The notes under the pieces: generated by a model | The model's database searches: none | Told to the model about the DNA's origin: nothing | Seen by the model: the letters and a program-made list of their open reading frames with translations, nothing else | Part shown: positions 14,091-28,500 of the stretch, one piece after another | Layout of the letters: each line of letters begins with the position of its first letter | Position numbering within the stretch: the stretch's first letter is position 1 | Translations under genes and position numbers: made by a program | Origin: Trichoplax sp. H2 | Lineage: Eukaryota | Length of the DNA stretch: 64,000 nucleotides | NCBI GenBank assembly: GCA_003344405.1 | Contig: NOWV01000152.1 | Coordinates: forward strand, 1-64,000 | Direction: 5' to 3'

Positions 14091-14773
14091 TTCAACAGCG
14101 TCAATAATATTGCATTGATTATTGCTTCTCCGAGCCAATATTGTGTTACTAGTAGCCATATTGCAGACCGTTGTTAGGGAACGAAGTCATTGCCGCTAAC
14201 TCACTGTAAAATACAATCTACGGTGTACAGATTTTCATAACAATCTGTGGTTTAGCCACAATTATTTCTTCCATTAATTACATTATAATAGTTAGTTATG
14301 ATTCATACTTGTACAGTAGGTAGCCATACTTGCAATGTCGATACTGCACTCTCGTATGCATACAATTCTCTGTCATGCCATACCCTTACTTAACCATAAC
14401 GAATCATGCTGTGCAGGATGGATACTGTCCATAGAATCCAATGGCGTTGTCCCGATGACGTATTATCTGTTATCTCTAAGGACGTCATACCACGTGACCC
14501 GTTGTCATTGCTACGGATTTGATTGCACTAAGAATGCAATCCAAACTAAAATGTTATGACTATGTATTGGTAGTATTGGAAAAAGCAACAATCCATCGTC
14601 TATCGACATAAATACCTATACAATGAATATCTGATCAAGGCATATATCTATTACACTATAGCAGTAAGCTGTCAACAAGCAAGCGTCTAACTTACGTGCC
14701 TTTGATGTTGTTGCTTTAGCATGCAACTTGCAATCAAGTTGCAAGCGCTTTAAAAGATTGAATTAGCATAGCT

Positions 14774-17700
14774 ATGGCAACTAAATTATATGATCATGGC
14801 TTAAATTTAGACATGACTTCAGATATTGCAAGTAATACGCTACATGGATTGGGAGAGGTAGGAAATCACTGCATAAGAATACGTACACTCTTGTTGGTGT
14901 AGCACTTCACCTAGACGTCGATGCAATTGCCGTGATTCAATCGCTACTCTTATATCTGTATATCTTGCTATTTTATAATTTGCATAACATCTCAATCTGA
15001 TATTATACAGGATACAATTGATTTTAAACCACTTCCTAAGACCAGTATACTCAAGAAATCAATTTTGAAGGTAAGCTGATAAGGATAGAAACTGCAGATC
15101 GTCGATCGTAACTTTAATTAACTACTACTTACCAACAAGTCAAGGCAAGTTCTTCATAGAGGAAGCGATTGAATCACAATTTATTCTCAGCAAAACCATA
15201 AATTAACACTAATTTTGCCTACCTATAAATGACTAAGATAATTCACTTCATACTATGTCCGTTTATACGACAGATTCTACATCATATTTATTACCATTAT
15301 AAATAAGCGTAAACAATGTCTAAACTTGATTGTTGTCCGATACAAGAAGACCGTTGTACAGACATGATTTGCAATGTAATTTTTATACAACTCTCTTGCT
15401 TTCTATTTCTTTTAAATATAATTATGACATTATAACAATAAATCGTCGTAATAATGACGAACCTCGACTGCAGTATTACGTATAATATATAATCTAAAAT
15501 AGGCAAATAAAACTTATTGATGACACCATGACGTCCAGCAACGCCGAACCTTCGATAAGAAGTGGACGAATAGCAACATTTAAATACATTGCTTGCTTGG
15601 AATAAAGCCGTTACTAAACATATCGAGTTGAAGCTAAAATATCCCGATAATTATTAACGTTAAAAAAATCACCAGAAAAACATGGAAACGGTTAATCGCA
15701 ACAATGTTATTACTATTTCCTTGCATAAGTGATAGATTTGAAATCAAGCTATTTGTCCTAATGCTATACGTTACAGAATTTCTGAATATTCAGTGGCCTA
15801 CAGTTAAATTAGTTAATATCCAAATCATCTCATAATACCATAACGTTTAGGAATTTACAAATCTTGCTCATAGGAATTCGTTATTATCAGTTATTATTCT
15901 GCAGCGTATTTGTCTTAAATTTTCTAGTGTTGATCTTGAGTTGCAACATTACTTATTGATATCAAATATGACCTACATAACCTATTTGGCATATAACACA
16001 GTGAACTTGCAATCTCTATATCGTAGGCAATAAAAATTTTTTGATTTATTTGGTTAACTTTTTCAACTTAACTCATCTACTTTGTTAATATATTCAAATG
16101 ACCAAATTTTAAACGAGACAGTATTTATCAGTTAGTTTACATTGGCCTCTAATCCGCTACTCGGTAATGAATAGTCAACTTTTAAGAAAGATATGTTATT
16201 AGTAATTTCCTTAATAATTTTAAATGAAATTGATTGTAGTGCTTCTCCTTTATAAAAATGTCAATTAATAACTTGGCTATATTGAATTATAAAACCCCAC
16301 GCTAGTTGAAATAATAGATTACAATGTCGTCGAACTCGCAGATTTTATCAAGGCCTTATTGTTTTTGTATCACACAATAGTTACATTTATAAAGCATACA
16401 TATAGTAGAAATCCAAAGGATTGATTTCCTTGAATACTAAAAGGTTATATATAGATTTTATATCGTTATATTACTCTGCTCTGCATAGCTGTATGGTATA
16501 GAAGAATTATAAGCTTTTTTTTAACTGTCACATAATATTTAGAATATCAGTCATAGAGATTAGTAATGCATTAGTGCTACTTACAGTGAAAGCATTTGTA
16601 CCCGTTTATACATAAATATTCGATCTTGGAAGTGTGCGAGAAGTCTACTATTATTTTAGGTTATATTTAAGTTATGAAGCTAACTTAAACGCAGCATAAT
16701 TGAAAAGACAAACGCTGTTAAGCAATTTTACTTTTTATGTTTGCTAATGGAAATTCCTGTTTGCTTGTAATAGAAATTTGGAAACGATACTGATGTTTCT
16801 AGCACCAATTTAAATATGAAATCGAAGAAACGTGTCTACTTTGATGTCACACATATTGAAGAACATGAAATCCACAATGAAGATTATATATATGAAGAGA
16901 ATGGAGATATAACTAACGAGGAAAACAGTTTCAATCAAGATGGCATTCAACAGGAGGAGTATGATGATGCCTTTCAACAGAACGGTGATATTGGAGATGT
17001 TCAGACATTAGAAATAGAAGAAGATAAATTCAATGAGGTAGATAAACATCTATATAAATCATCAATCATATAAGCAATCGAAGTCGTGATATTCACATAC
17101 AGTAATCTACAGTACATAAACTTCTATAATTTTAGCTGTAACATGTAAACTATGTGTTTATATCCTAATTATTAGGCTATCAAAGATAGGAATACACCAC
17201 TTTCTACTTTTAAAGCTATGATAGCAGAAGAAAAGGAAAAGCTTAAAAAACAATTAGAGATATTTCAAGAAAAGTGCCAAAGAGAGGTGAGTTTTCTTAA
17301 CATGCTCAATAAACTCTACCTTTTCTTTCTACAAAATTTTCTTGATAAAAAGTTTATATAAGATTAATATTTATAATGTAAATAGCTTAGAGCAATGAAA
17401 CAAGAATTAGATGATAGAAGAGAACTATTTTTACTGGAATCTGAAGAACTTGACGCTTTAGCTTATGAACAAAGGTAAATCATTATAGGCTGTATAGGGT
17501 TATTATGGAGTAATTTTTGCGCAGCTGTCGTAACATGGATTCCATAAGACAATTTATCTAGAAACGTATTTACATACCGTTATCTATGACGGTTTACATA
17601 TTATAATAGATAAATATATATTTTATAGTATTATCTATAAAGTGATAAAGTGATAATTAATGTTTATATCGATGCACTATAAATTGACTGACTTTTCAAT

Positions 17701-19299
17701 AAAGTTTGGGTTCAGTTATGTTTAAGAGAGACTAGCGTTGTGTTACTGTTCCTCCTGACCATAGGAAATCGTCAGTATTTAGAGTCTTAGTGTAGGTTAA
17801 AGTTAAGGAAGACAAACCTGACAGTAGACTCATAGTGTGTAATTTCTGCAATAGTTTAACTCTTTCCTCATTACAAATTTCGATTTATGAAAAGGGTATA
17901 TAAAATGTTTTACTGACTTTATTGCATTTTATTTAGGCAACAAATAGAGTCTGAACTTGCTGAGCTACAAGCTGAATTGAATTTAAATAAAAAACGTCAA
18001 AGTTACCAAGCAAAGGAAGATAGATTAAAATTGCTAGAGGGTGATTTGGAACGACGAGCCCAGAATTCAAAAGACTATGAACAAGAGGTAATTTAATATG
18101 TTATCGGCCCTTCACAGTAAATTTCAGTATTGATTCGTAGCAAATTATATAGGATTACATTATTAGTTTCTAATTATTGCACTTTAATAACTTATTCAAA
18201 CTTAAAATTGATATAATCTGACTCTATTATATCGACAATTAATATATCATGTCATGTTATCATCATAGTATAACTTCAATCTAAGCTTAAGGAAGACTAA
18301 TTTAGTCTGTTTACATTCGCAATTTTTAAAGATTATTGAGATGGAAGAATATCTTAACAGGCGGCATCAAATGTGGCATGATAAAACTATAGAGTTAAAA
18401 GAAAGAGACAAGGTTTATTTATTGTGTAAATTTAATGTATATCTATCGCAACATTGTTGAAGAGAGAGTAATTTAGTTTTTATATCAAATTAAACAGATT
18501 TATGACTCATATATTATGCATAGGAATTAAGTGAATACGAAAGGGAAATTTCTTCTAGAAAGGAAAAGTTAAAAGAATCTGGTATTGATCTCGATAAAAA
18601 CGAGTAAGTTATGCTAATATTCTGAATTTTTATGTGATTATAATCAATCCAAATTACAAAAGATCAGTTCGACTAAATTTACTACGATTGCTTTTCAATA
18701 ATATTTTATCATATCATAGTTGCCAGGATATAACATTTGAAATTTCCATTATATAGGATATATCGATCCTAAGATCATTCATTTTCTTCCTTAATAATAA
18801 TATCACTCTTTTAGGCGATCGGACGATAATGAATTACAGAAGAAAATTCATGAACTGACAAATTCTCTTCAAAACTCCAAGCAAAATCTATATAAGATTG
18901 AATCTGAATCAAAGGAGAAAGATCTAATGATATCATCGATGAAATCTAAGGTTTTTTTTTGCCATCAAGATTAACCTACAATTATTAGAAACAGAGTGTA
19001 TTTAAAATTTTTGACAAGCATTATAAAGATTCTTACTTATTATAATATTAATGTTTTTTTGATAGTTGGATGGATTTACAAATGAAAATCGCGGCCTTCA
19101 GCAGAAAATGAGACATTTAGAATCACAGTTATCTATTACAATGGAAGAAGTTAAACAAATGAAAAAAAAACCTGATAATCGAACTAATAATGTGGCAGCA
19201 AGGCATGGTAAAATATTTAGAAGATCAAAATCTTTAGACAATGAAACACTAAGAGGTAGACGGAAAAGTACCATAAGTGTTGCTTGTACAGTAATGTAA
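14774..19299 (+). CDS. Uncharacterised coiled-coil protein with N-terminal SILK and RVxF motifs and a C-terminal polybasic stretch plus CaaX (CTVM). About 10 exons: 14774-14857, 15011-15070, 16774-17037, 17176-17286, then further exons to 19066-19299.
   Basis: All GT-AG junctions splice in frame. The protein has an acidic N-region, E/K/Q/L-rich heptad-like exons and ends RGRRKSTISVACTVM*. Confidence 0.8.
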
Positions 19300-21433
19300 T
19301 AGACATAGGCTGTTAAACTAATGTATGATGTACATATAAAGATGAAATAATTATTTCTATGCACCTACAATTCTAATATTCAGCGATACGGGTATAAAAT
19401 TTTATCCCATTTGAAGCAATTATTTTTTGTACAGCATCTATTTATTAATTTTATGCAATGCTAATATGAAAATACTATGCTAAGCTTATTTATATATTAG
19501 GTCTATCAATGTATCTTAATCGGTATTCCTAAATTATTCGTTTCTTAAGTCGTTTTCGTTCTTTGTAACGATTCAGATATGATATCTATTCTTTCGATAA
19601 AATAATATTATTTTCCTACCATTCGATCATCTAAGTAAATGCCATTTTCATGTCTCCGTAAATTATTTTATAGTAGTTAAAATGGCCTACATGCGAAACA
19701 GATATAAAGTCATACTTCTCGTCACATTTCTGAAATTTTAAAACTATCCGTTTTATAACAGCTAGAAATGGGGATGATTTATATATCATTTCTATATGCT
19801 TATTTAACTCCCATTCTTTTAAAGCCGTATTTGACAATCTGGATCAATGATGTAGCATAATCTTTATTCTGTATCATAACCAAAGCCAATATGAATTTCT
19901 ATTTTGATGGCTGTTCTAATCGGAAAAAGCAGTATAATTTTAACATTTACAGTATTTTAATAAATTGAATTGTTATCTGCTTTATGGTTAAATGAAAACA
20001 TGTCAAAATGTAATATAAATTGCTAAATTATGATTTGTTGTCAGTACCCGTAGTAACTTTGTTAAAATGCTACATGTACTGAAAGATTTGTATTTGTTGA
20101 TAATTTTGTAAATTTTTTTACTTCTAACTTTAATATTATAGCTGCAAAGTACGCTTTTCATCTCGTATTATGTTGATAGGCAGGTTGATCAAGGCGATAA
20201 TAATACTATTTAGTCTTCCATTTATATTTTTATATTACTAAAATGGATAAAAACGCTAATTTTTATATCTTGGGTAACTTTTTTATAATGGTAGCGCAAC
20301 GTAATGTAGCCAATTAATTGTTGTAAAGGAAATATGATTTGTTAGGCTTGCAAGTTATATTTCAAGCTAATTTCGAAGATAACTTGAATCGATTCAAAAT
20401 CTCTAGATTTTACTACAAATACGGCGACAGTAATACGTATATATATATTCTCGTATATCAATAAATTAAAAGTCAACTATTCCTCATTATAAGAATGAAA
20501 ACTTTGAGCCAATTTTTGGTAGCATTATGCTGTATTTATCATTACTTTATCAAACTTATTTCCTTATTAGCATGAAGTGCATTAAGAACTATTCGCAGCA
20601 TAGTAAGACTTTTGAAGTATGATCTATTCAGGTGGTTATTACGCAATAGGCGTAAAGCGTGAACCAAACTGAACGTTTATTAATCCTACAAAATAATTAG
20701 CGGTTATATATATTTTAATTTGGTATTCAGTAGAATCATAAAATTTAAAAATAAAAACCATAATGTTTGGCCAATATTCATATATTACTTTTCAAGTACT
20801 ATAGTTCAAGTCGAATAATTAAATTTAAATTAGAAAAAAATATAACCGATAACAATTTCGGTAAACACTTATTACAATAAAAGACTATAATTAATACTAG
20901 TAGCTGATTGAGTTTAAAGATGTAACTTTGTAAATTTTGACCAAAGATTTACCTATTACTTTCTAAGTATTACTGTATGAGGAAATTATTAAAATCTATG
21001 CTAAGCCAGTCAAATATTGCTAATTCATATCATATTATATAGTTGACATAGTTTTGATTACAAATAGAGCTGATCTTTTCCGTAGTAGCATGTCAAAAGC
21101 TAATATTTAATTATTTCCCTATCTATGTACGTTTAATTAAAATGCTTGATAGTAGCAGGAAAATATCAAAAATCTGTAATGCCACTGTGCTACAAAGTGT
21201 AAACTAAGTACGTTAAATGACTACCGATTGATTATGTAATATAATAACTCGTTTGACATTTATTAGCATACCGTAGTATAATAGCCGTAATATGTATACT
21301 CGTATACGACAGTGTACAGATCCAGACAGGATGTAAATGAAAACCTGTAGCGTTTGATTTAGCAGAAAAAATTATTTTTATTATTATCAAGTTAAGTTAT
21401 AGGTTTTTAGCTGTTATGGCCATGAATATTACG

Positions 21434-22252
21434 CTATATTTCATCAGCGTTACTATTTATACAGTAGCTTAGCAGTTTTTCTAATGCTGCTGGTCCATAA
21501 CTAGCTGCATCGGCTTGAACATCGTCTTCTTCAAGGTGTTGTCCGTATAAACTATAGCTTGAATGCGGTGAATATACACGCCATTCGTTACCGGAATAAC
21601 GAAATATACTAATATTTAAAAGCAATGCCGCCATTGCTGGTAAATATCGAAGTCTATTATTGCGTATGTCCAGTTCTTGAAGAGCAGTTAGTAAGCCAAT
21701 TTGGGATGGTAATCGAGAGATTAAATTATTAGCAAGCTTAAGGACTATCAGCGAATTTTTCCAAGCTTGGCAAATAGCGTCAGTAGATATAGAATCAATT
21801 AAATTGGAAGACATATCCAGATGCTGTAAATGCTTTAGATATCCTAATTCTGCTGGCATTTCTAAAAATTTATTAAAGCTTAAATTCAATTTTTTCAACT
21901 TTTGCAAATATTTCAGACTTTTAGGAAATGCCACAAAATCATTGCGGCTAAGGTCGACCGTTCTTAATTGGCGTAGATTTTCAAATATAGGCGATGGAAC
22001 AACATTTAATTTATTATCGGATAGATCAAGAGTTTGCAAATTGGACATATTAACTAACTGGTGTGGAACACTACCAGTTAATGAGCACCCAACGATATAT
22101 AGATGTCTTAAATTGGTCAATTTTTCGAGAATTCCTGGCGATATTTTCATTAATATTACTTGTGAAAGCAATAATTGACGAGTCACACGTGCTTCTCTTG
22201 CTTTGCTATTTAGAATGGCTTTAAGTTTAGGATTGGCGTCCATATCCATCAT
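21434..22252 (-). CDS. Intronless leucine-rich repeat protein (272 aa)
   Basis: Repeated LxxLxLxxN motifs (LQTLDLSDN, LRTVDLSRN, LKKLNLSFN, LQHLDMSSN, LIVLKLANN, LQELDIRNN). Confidence 0.9.
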   Translation of the reverse strand: MMDMDANPKLKAILNSKAREARVTRQLLLSQVILMKISPGILEKLTNLRHLYIVGCSLTGSVPHQLVNMSNLQTLDLSDNKLNVVPSPIFENLRQLRTVDLSRNDFVAFPKSLKYLQKLKKLNLSFNKFLEMPAELGYLKHLQHLDMSSNLIDSISTDAICQAWKNSLIVLKLANNLISRLPSQIGLLTALQELDIRNNRLRYLPAMAALLLNISIFRYSGNEWRVYSPHSSYSLYGQHLEEDDVQADAASYGPAALEKLLSYCINSNADEI

Positions 22253-22603
22253 GAGTAGTAGAGTCGTTCTATATCATCATACACAATCCAATATTTGCCA
22301 TTAAGGCTATTTTGACTTCAATAAGAAGTAGAATTTCACATGACATGTCAAATATAACATTGATGAAGGCCTTGACTTTTACCCTATAACGGAATCGTTT
22401 GACAATTGACAGTTAATAATATTGACTAATATCGTGCGAAATCGGCTTGAACTAGTTTGTAAATAAGCATTCTGTACGATTATTTCACGAAGAATGTTGA
22501 ATTTGCGCCATTGGATGACGAATGGTCTAATTATTATTTAATAATTACTATATAATTGTTATAACCATTATTAAGTACAGATTTGATTAAACCCTTGCTC
22601 TAT

Positions 22604-22617
22604 GTTACTATGGAAAC
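22604..22617. promoter_or_regulatory. X-box (RFX site) GTTACTATGGAAAC in the divergent LRR / FKBP-like promoter region
   Basis: Exact match to the GTHNYY-AT-RRNAAC consensus, about 350 bp upstream of the LRR gene ATG. Confidence 0.55.
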
Positions 22618-23464
22618 GGAACGCCCAGGATCAACCATGTACTAGTGCAGTATTAGAAAACAGCAGCGCAAAGCGCTTCGAATAACGTAATCAATATTGG
22701 TACGCATTCAGTAGTGCTAATTTTTTTATTTACTATGGAATGATATTAAAATCTTTAAAAGTGGACAAACTGTAAACCTGAATTTGCTATTAATAATTTT
22801 GGCTTTGAATCTGTCTTTTTCGTTTGTTTCTAAACGTATTAGCAATAATTATGAAGTTCAAGTATACATTAGTATAGGATTATTGCTTTAGTTTCTGTCG
22901 AGCCCTCTGATAAATCTTCAAATAAGCAAGAAAACGATCGACCATGAAGGAAGCACACAGACGCAAGGATGAACAGACAACGGACTTATTAAGTAAGGGG
23001 TATCATACTGACATATTGACTCATACTGTAGACTGTAAATGACACCGTGAACTAGTCTTCACTAGGGTATAGTAACCCATCATTTAGTTGCTGGGACATA
23101 GTCTGTTCGTTTTTAGCTCAGCTGCAATTTCATAACCTCCATCGTCAGTTGAGAAGAAGAAATTAACACCGAATAACTCATTAAATATTGATAAATATTC
23201 GATTTTGGCGAGGCTTATAGAGAATAACATTATTCAATACTAGCAAGTGTTCATGAATGGGCTCGTATGAGATTTGGCACTGCTGAAATAGCCTTAAAAT
23301 TATAATTTATACCTGTGATTGTTTGCATTCCTGAGAATGTAGAAATATGAGCAAACGTATACCTTGATCTCGTTGTTTTCGATGTCAAAGTAAGATTAAG
23401 ATTAATTAGGCTAAGTTGTTTAGGAATACATGATATACGAACAATAATGCATATGCGATTTTAG

Positions 23465-25173
23465 ATGGGTAATGAAGATTTCTATCAACGCCACATTACG
23501 AGGTTAGGGCAAGACCTAATCACACCTAATGTCGGCTCTTTTTGCACAGGTAATGCCCATTAATCAATAGTACCTTAGTATATCAAGTATCTCGTTGTAT
23601 TTGTTATTTTGTTAATGCTATACCTTGATGATTTTGTATTAGTTATCGTCACGGGGAAGCTCGTATCGAACAATACAATTATCGATTCTCGTTATGATAA
23701 AGAGGTAGAGTGGAAAATTGGTCAAGGTAAATAGGTTATGATATATAAATGATACTTATTATCTTTTTAGGATAGAAGTAATTCTATTACTAAGATAGTT
23801 GATCCTATGCTACCTTAACTTACTTTGCCTGCTTTATTTATATATTATATGCTTTTAATGATGGTACTTGCTCTTACTGCATATGTGACTAATGAGACCG
23901 TAATTTAAATAAAGTTAGTTTAGCTTCTAATAATGTTGTGATAATACTTCTATTTATGAAAAATTTGATAGGCGATACTGAACTATGTGAAGTGATTGAT
24001 GACTGTTTACAATCCATGCACGCCGGCGACATTTGCAATTTTACTCTAAAACCAGATGAAGCCTACTATATTCTCAAAGAAGAGGATATTCATATAGATC
24101 AAGATATCGAAGTTGTATATGAAGTTCAATTGAAGAAATTTATTAAGGTAAACTACGTTCGTCTTGGTTATACGTAGACTCCTCCTATCATCTATTATTA
24201 CTCGCTTACATTATATGGGTCTTTATTTATAATAATAATACAGGCAAAGGAGACTTGGTATTCTACTGTAGAGGAGCTGTTTAATGAAGCAATAAGTAAT
24301 AAAGCAAGGGGTGTAAATCTATACAAGGTCAAACTTTTAGTGATATCAGTACTTATGATACATTGAATGTCTATCACGGCTATATCTAAATACATTTATA
24401 CATACTTTTCATGGATACTTGTTTAATATTATTGAAAAATTTCTATATTAGAGCGGAAAGGTTATTGCTGCAGCTCGCAGATTCAGTATTGCCTTGAAAT
24501 ATTTAATTATTATGGAATCTGATCGCCTAGCAAGCCGAAATGATGAACATTGTATGCAAGATATGCGTATAGTATACTATGTATATAATAGAATACGGTT
24601 ACAATTTGTAGGGCGCAGTATGTTACTTAACTGGAGCTGTTAGCAGTTTACTCCATTTAATCTTAATCAATTAATATCTTCCAGCTAATCTCAGAAAAAA
24701 TTGCTATCTCAATCTTGCTACCTGTCAAGCAAAGCATAACATGCATCGATCAGTAATTGCCAACTGTTCGAAGGTTTTGAAATATTGTAAATATCACCAT
24801 TGGCTTTAAGGTAGCTGTTGTTAATAGTGTTTACATTATACTTACTCCGTAGGTTTTACAGATGGAACCAAATAATCTAAAAGCTCTATTTAAGCGCGGT
24901 GTTGCGTACACCGCTGTCAATGATTTTGATAATGCTAAAGCTGATTTAGAATCGGTTGGTTAAATGTTTACAACAATAATTTCTGTTACACGACAAATTA
25001 CAAACGAACTATATAATTTTAACTAGGATCAATTCTTTTATTAGGCAAAATTACAAGATCCGAGCAATAAGGCTGTCATAATGGCGATACAGAACTTATT
25101 TACAAAAACACTAAAGCAAAATAAATTCTATCAGCAAGCTTTGGCTGGCATGTTTCAGAGTAAAAGCAAGTAA
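23465..25173 (+). CDS. FKBP-like immunophilin: degenerate FKBP domain plus three TPRs (FKBPL-like)
   Basis: Spliced exons give TPNVGSFCT, IDDCLQSMHAGD, VYEVQLKKF, KARGVNLYK, CYLNLATCQAK, NLKALFKRG, DPSNKAV and a terminal LAGMF. The start codon is uncertain. Confidence 0.8.
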
Positions 25174-25515
25174 AGTAGAACTTACTGTACAGTGTTGTTT
25201 ACTTTGGCTACATTACTTTATATGTACTAATTATAAATAATAGACGATACACTTTTTATATTGCCATTGTGAAGATAAATCTTATGGTACATTTAAATTA
25301 TCATGCAAGATGGTGTTAGTCACCATATTATGAATATTATTGTTCCTCATTTTAAATATTCTATATACATGTACGCCAATTTAGACGCTTTATAGATAGA
25401 TAGTAATAAAGGAAGAGTGTAGAAAATTTTGTCTTTGAACTTGAATACGATTACGAAGGATGACTTAGCATCTGGTTAAATATGATCTGTGCTGTGCATA
25501 TATAACGGAGATATC

Positions 25516-28500
25516 TTAGATCCAAGGCTTTGTGATAGCAACGCCACCAATAAGTAATAGTATTAACATCATCATGAAGCCTAAAGCACGGTCACGAGCC
25601 AGTCTATCGAAGTTGGTTAAAGAGAATGGGTATAATATATCGGAACAGCATTTCTTACTTATTTCCCTATCTCGCTCCGCTGACCTAAATTGAAAATTGA
25701 AAAAATTATCATACAGCAATGGCCTAATAACACCTACCTTATATAAAGAATGAAGATGACTTCAGCACTTCTAGTTTATACATACAATATATTAATATTG
25801 ACTTACAGTGGCTCATTGGTTTGCTGGATAGCAGGAACCTCAATAAACGTTGTGAATACTTTAACAATAAAAGGTTTAAAACGTGAACTGAAAGTTAATG
25901 TGGCAGAGGTAGAGTTGGAAGTTGGTGAGGTGGTATCGTTGACTTGTGAAGAACAACCATAAGCTCCACCAGTTCCACAAATAAAATCCCAGTCTTCCAG
26001 ATTATATCTTGAATAAAATATATAGAATAGTCATTAATATTTGCAGTATTTCTAAGCCTGATACAATCATAACTAGAATAACATACAGTACCTTATCTGA
26101 GCACCAACGATTTCCCATTCTAATTTGCCAATGGGCGCTGTTCTGACTTGAGCAGTGAGAAATGTCACATTTAAAGCCGCTGGTATCTCACTACATGAGC
26201 CACTAATGACGCTAGGATTACTTGTGAGGTTGTTGGTATAGACGGGATCTTCCCTAAGATAGGTAATTGAGAACAGATAGTATGCGTACGTTACAATAGT
26301 TAATAAATAAAGCTTCAAAATGATACGCTATCGGAACCCGCAATAAAAACTATCAAAATACGAGTCTAAATTAAGTTCTACATAATACTGAAGATCACAT
26401 GGAAGCCAAGATCTAGGTACAACTTTATTACTCTACGGATATACTTACTTGATAATCGACAGCCAATCATTGTTTAGAGTATCACTGGAATTGCCTCTTT
26501 TGCCTACATAATCAGCCGATATTGACCCATCTAATAATATTTTAACACGATCCCTTAACGCTGCACAATCTTGAAAATCGGCAATTGATAACGACAGGGT
26601 ACATCCACTAATTTCATCATTGCCAAATGTGACATCGACTCTACTGGAGCTATCGCATAAACCATTACTACTAGGTGACCATCGCCGCAAGTAAGCGCCA
26701 GTTGATACAATACTATTGCTAGAACCGCCGCCTATTTGATTTATAGCAAATAGGACGGGGTATTTCTTAAGATAGCCCGGATTACCAGAGTAACTAACCA
26801 TTGGTAAAACGGTGGTATTGTGAATAAATTGTACGCTAAATTGCTGCGTGAGAGTACTTTTCCTTCTACTAGTTGAACTAGAGGTTAAAGGAACTGAGCC
26901 CATAATTACATCCGCGATAATTCTATCAATTTCAGGTCCATTCCAGTAAATTTTATAATCTACCTTGGTAACAACATTATTGCATAGACTAGACGTAGAA
27001 TCGAGAAGTGGTGTGGGAGGTCGTGTTCTACCGTCGTCGAAGTTACACCTTCTTAGATTGGCAGGATTGTTATTTGTAGCTGATTGCCCATTAGTGATAT
27101 ATGGTGATATATCGTTAAGACAATAATAATTTACGGTTGCAGAAGCTACTATTGCACCAGTGAAAAGCTTTTTTACCGCATCAGAGATTGGACATGGAGG
27201 AAAGGATAGCGATCGTGACATTAAGTATTGTACTGCACTCCACGTTGATGTTGGCGTACACAAGGAATTGCTTATCAACTGAGTACAATGTGAATTTGAA
27301 TTTATGAGATATCTAACTAAACCTCTTTTGGTGCAGCCGCCTATGATTTGGCTAGGCAGAGCTAAATATCCAGAAAGACCGCCAGAAATATCTAAGACGA
27401 TAGGAATTCCATATTGATATGACACTGTATTTGTAACTTGACCAGAAAAGGATTGCAATTCTGACTCGCGATAACTGTAAATTGCACGACTAGCGGTAAC
27501 TAAGGTATTAAAACTGGATACGCTAGTAACAGCTGATCGAATAGAATAAAAAAAGCCAAGTAAAGGATTATTATCAACAGCCACGCACATTAGTGCTTCA
27601 TAATCTTGTTTATCTGGCCATATTGCTCGACAATCATGCTCTAATGGTCTAACAACAAACGGCCGTAAGCACGTTGTAAACGTAGCAATATCCGAAGCGG
27701 TACAATCCTAGCACGGCATATCAATAAATGGTTAGATTGATTAATGAAAAGCCTTTTTTAATTCGAAATTTAATTCTGTGTCTATGGGCACAAACTCAGG
27801 TTATACTTACCGAATCACAACAGCAATTAGGATCGCAAAAATTTACTTGTAAATTACAAGGACATGGAGCAATATCTGTAAATGCTGGATTGACGTTAGT
27901 TAGGATGCTTCCTGTATAATAATACGAAAAAATTGCCGTCTTTATTAATGAATTAATATACTATAATTAAATTATAAAAACGTATTTTTATAGTATTACC
28001 TGTTGTGATATTTTCAGGTACTATTGGGCTAAGATCTAAATTGATATAGGCCGTAGCATTTAGTCCTCCATATCTAGGATTAGTAGTGCTACTTCCTGAT
28101 GAACAGGTTATCGAAAACAACTGTTTCCAAGTTTGATCAATTGCTGGCGATGTAATCACATTAAGTGTCTTAAAGTATTCTCCAGACTAAAGTTGTAAAA
28201 AGTAACACAAATGAGCATATCACATTTGTCAATTACCTTATCAAAGATTTTAGTACAGAATGAATCAAATTTCTACCTGAAAGGCAATAGTTGATTGTGA
28301 TAGCGATACGGTTGCCAGTGTTCCGTTTGCTTGTACGATTGAGGAGGCAATTTGATTAGTACAGGTTGCAAGGTCTTGATTTCCTGTTTCACTGTAGTTA
28401 CTAATACAGCATGTAAAAATAGCTGCGAATTCAGCACTTGGGATGGGTATATTGACGGTTAAATATAGTGTAAGGTTACTTCGGTACATGTTATTATACG

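Noticed and set aside
21804-22178. Antisense ORFs over real genes (also 19098-19364, 39616-39882, 48307-48585)
   Set aside because: Shadow frames of coding exons on the opposite strand.
22944-22992. Upstream ATG exon as the true start of the FKBP-like gene
   Set aside because: I could not splice it in frame to 23465 without a stop, so it is at most a uORF or UTR exon.
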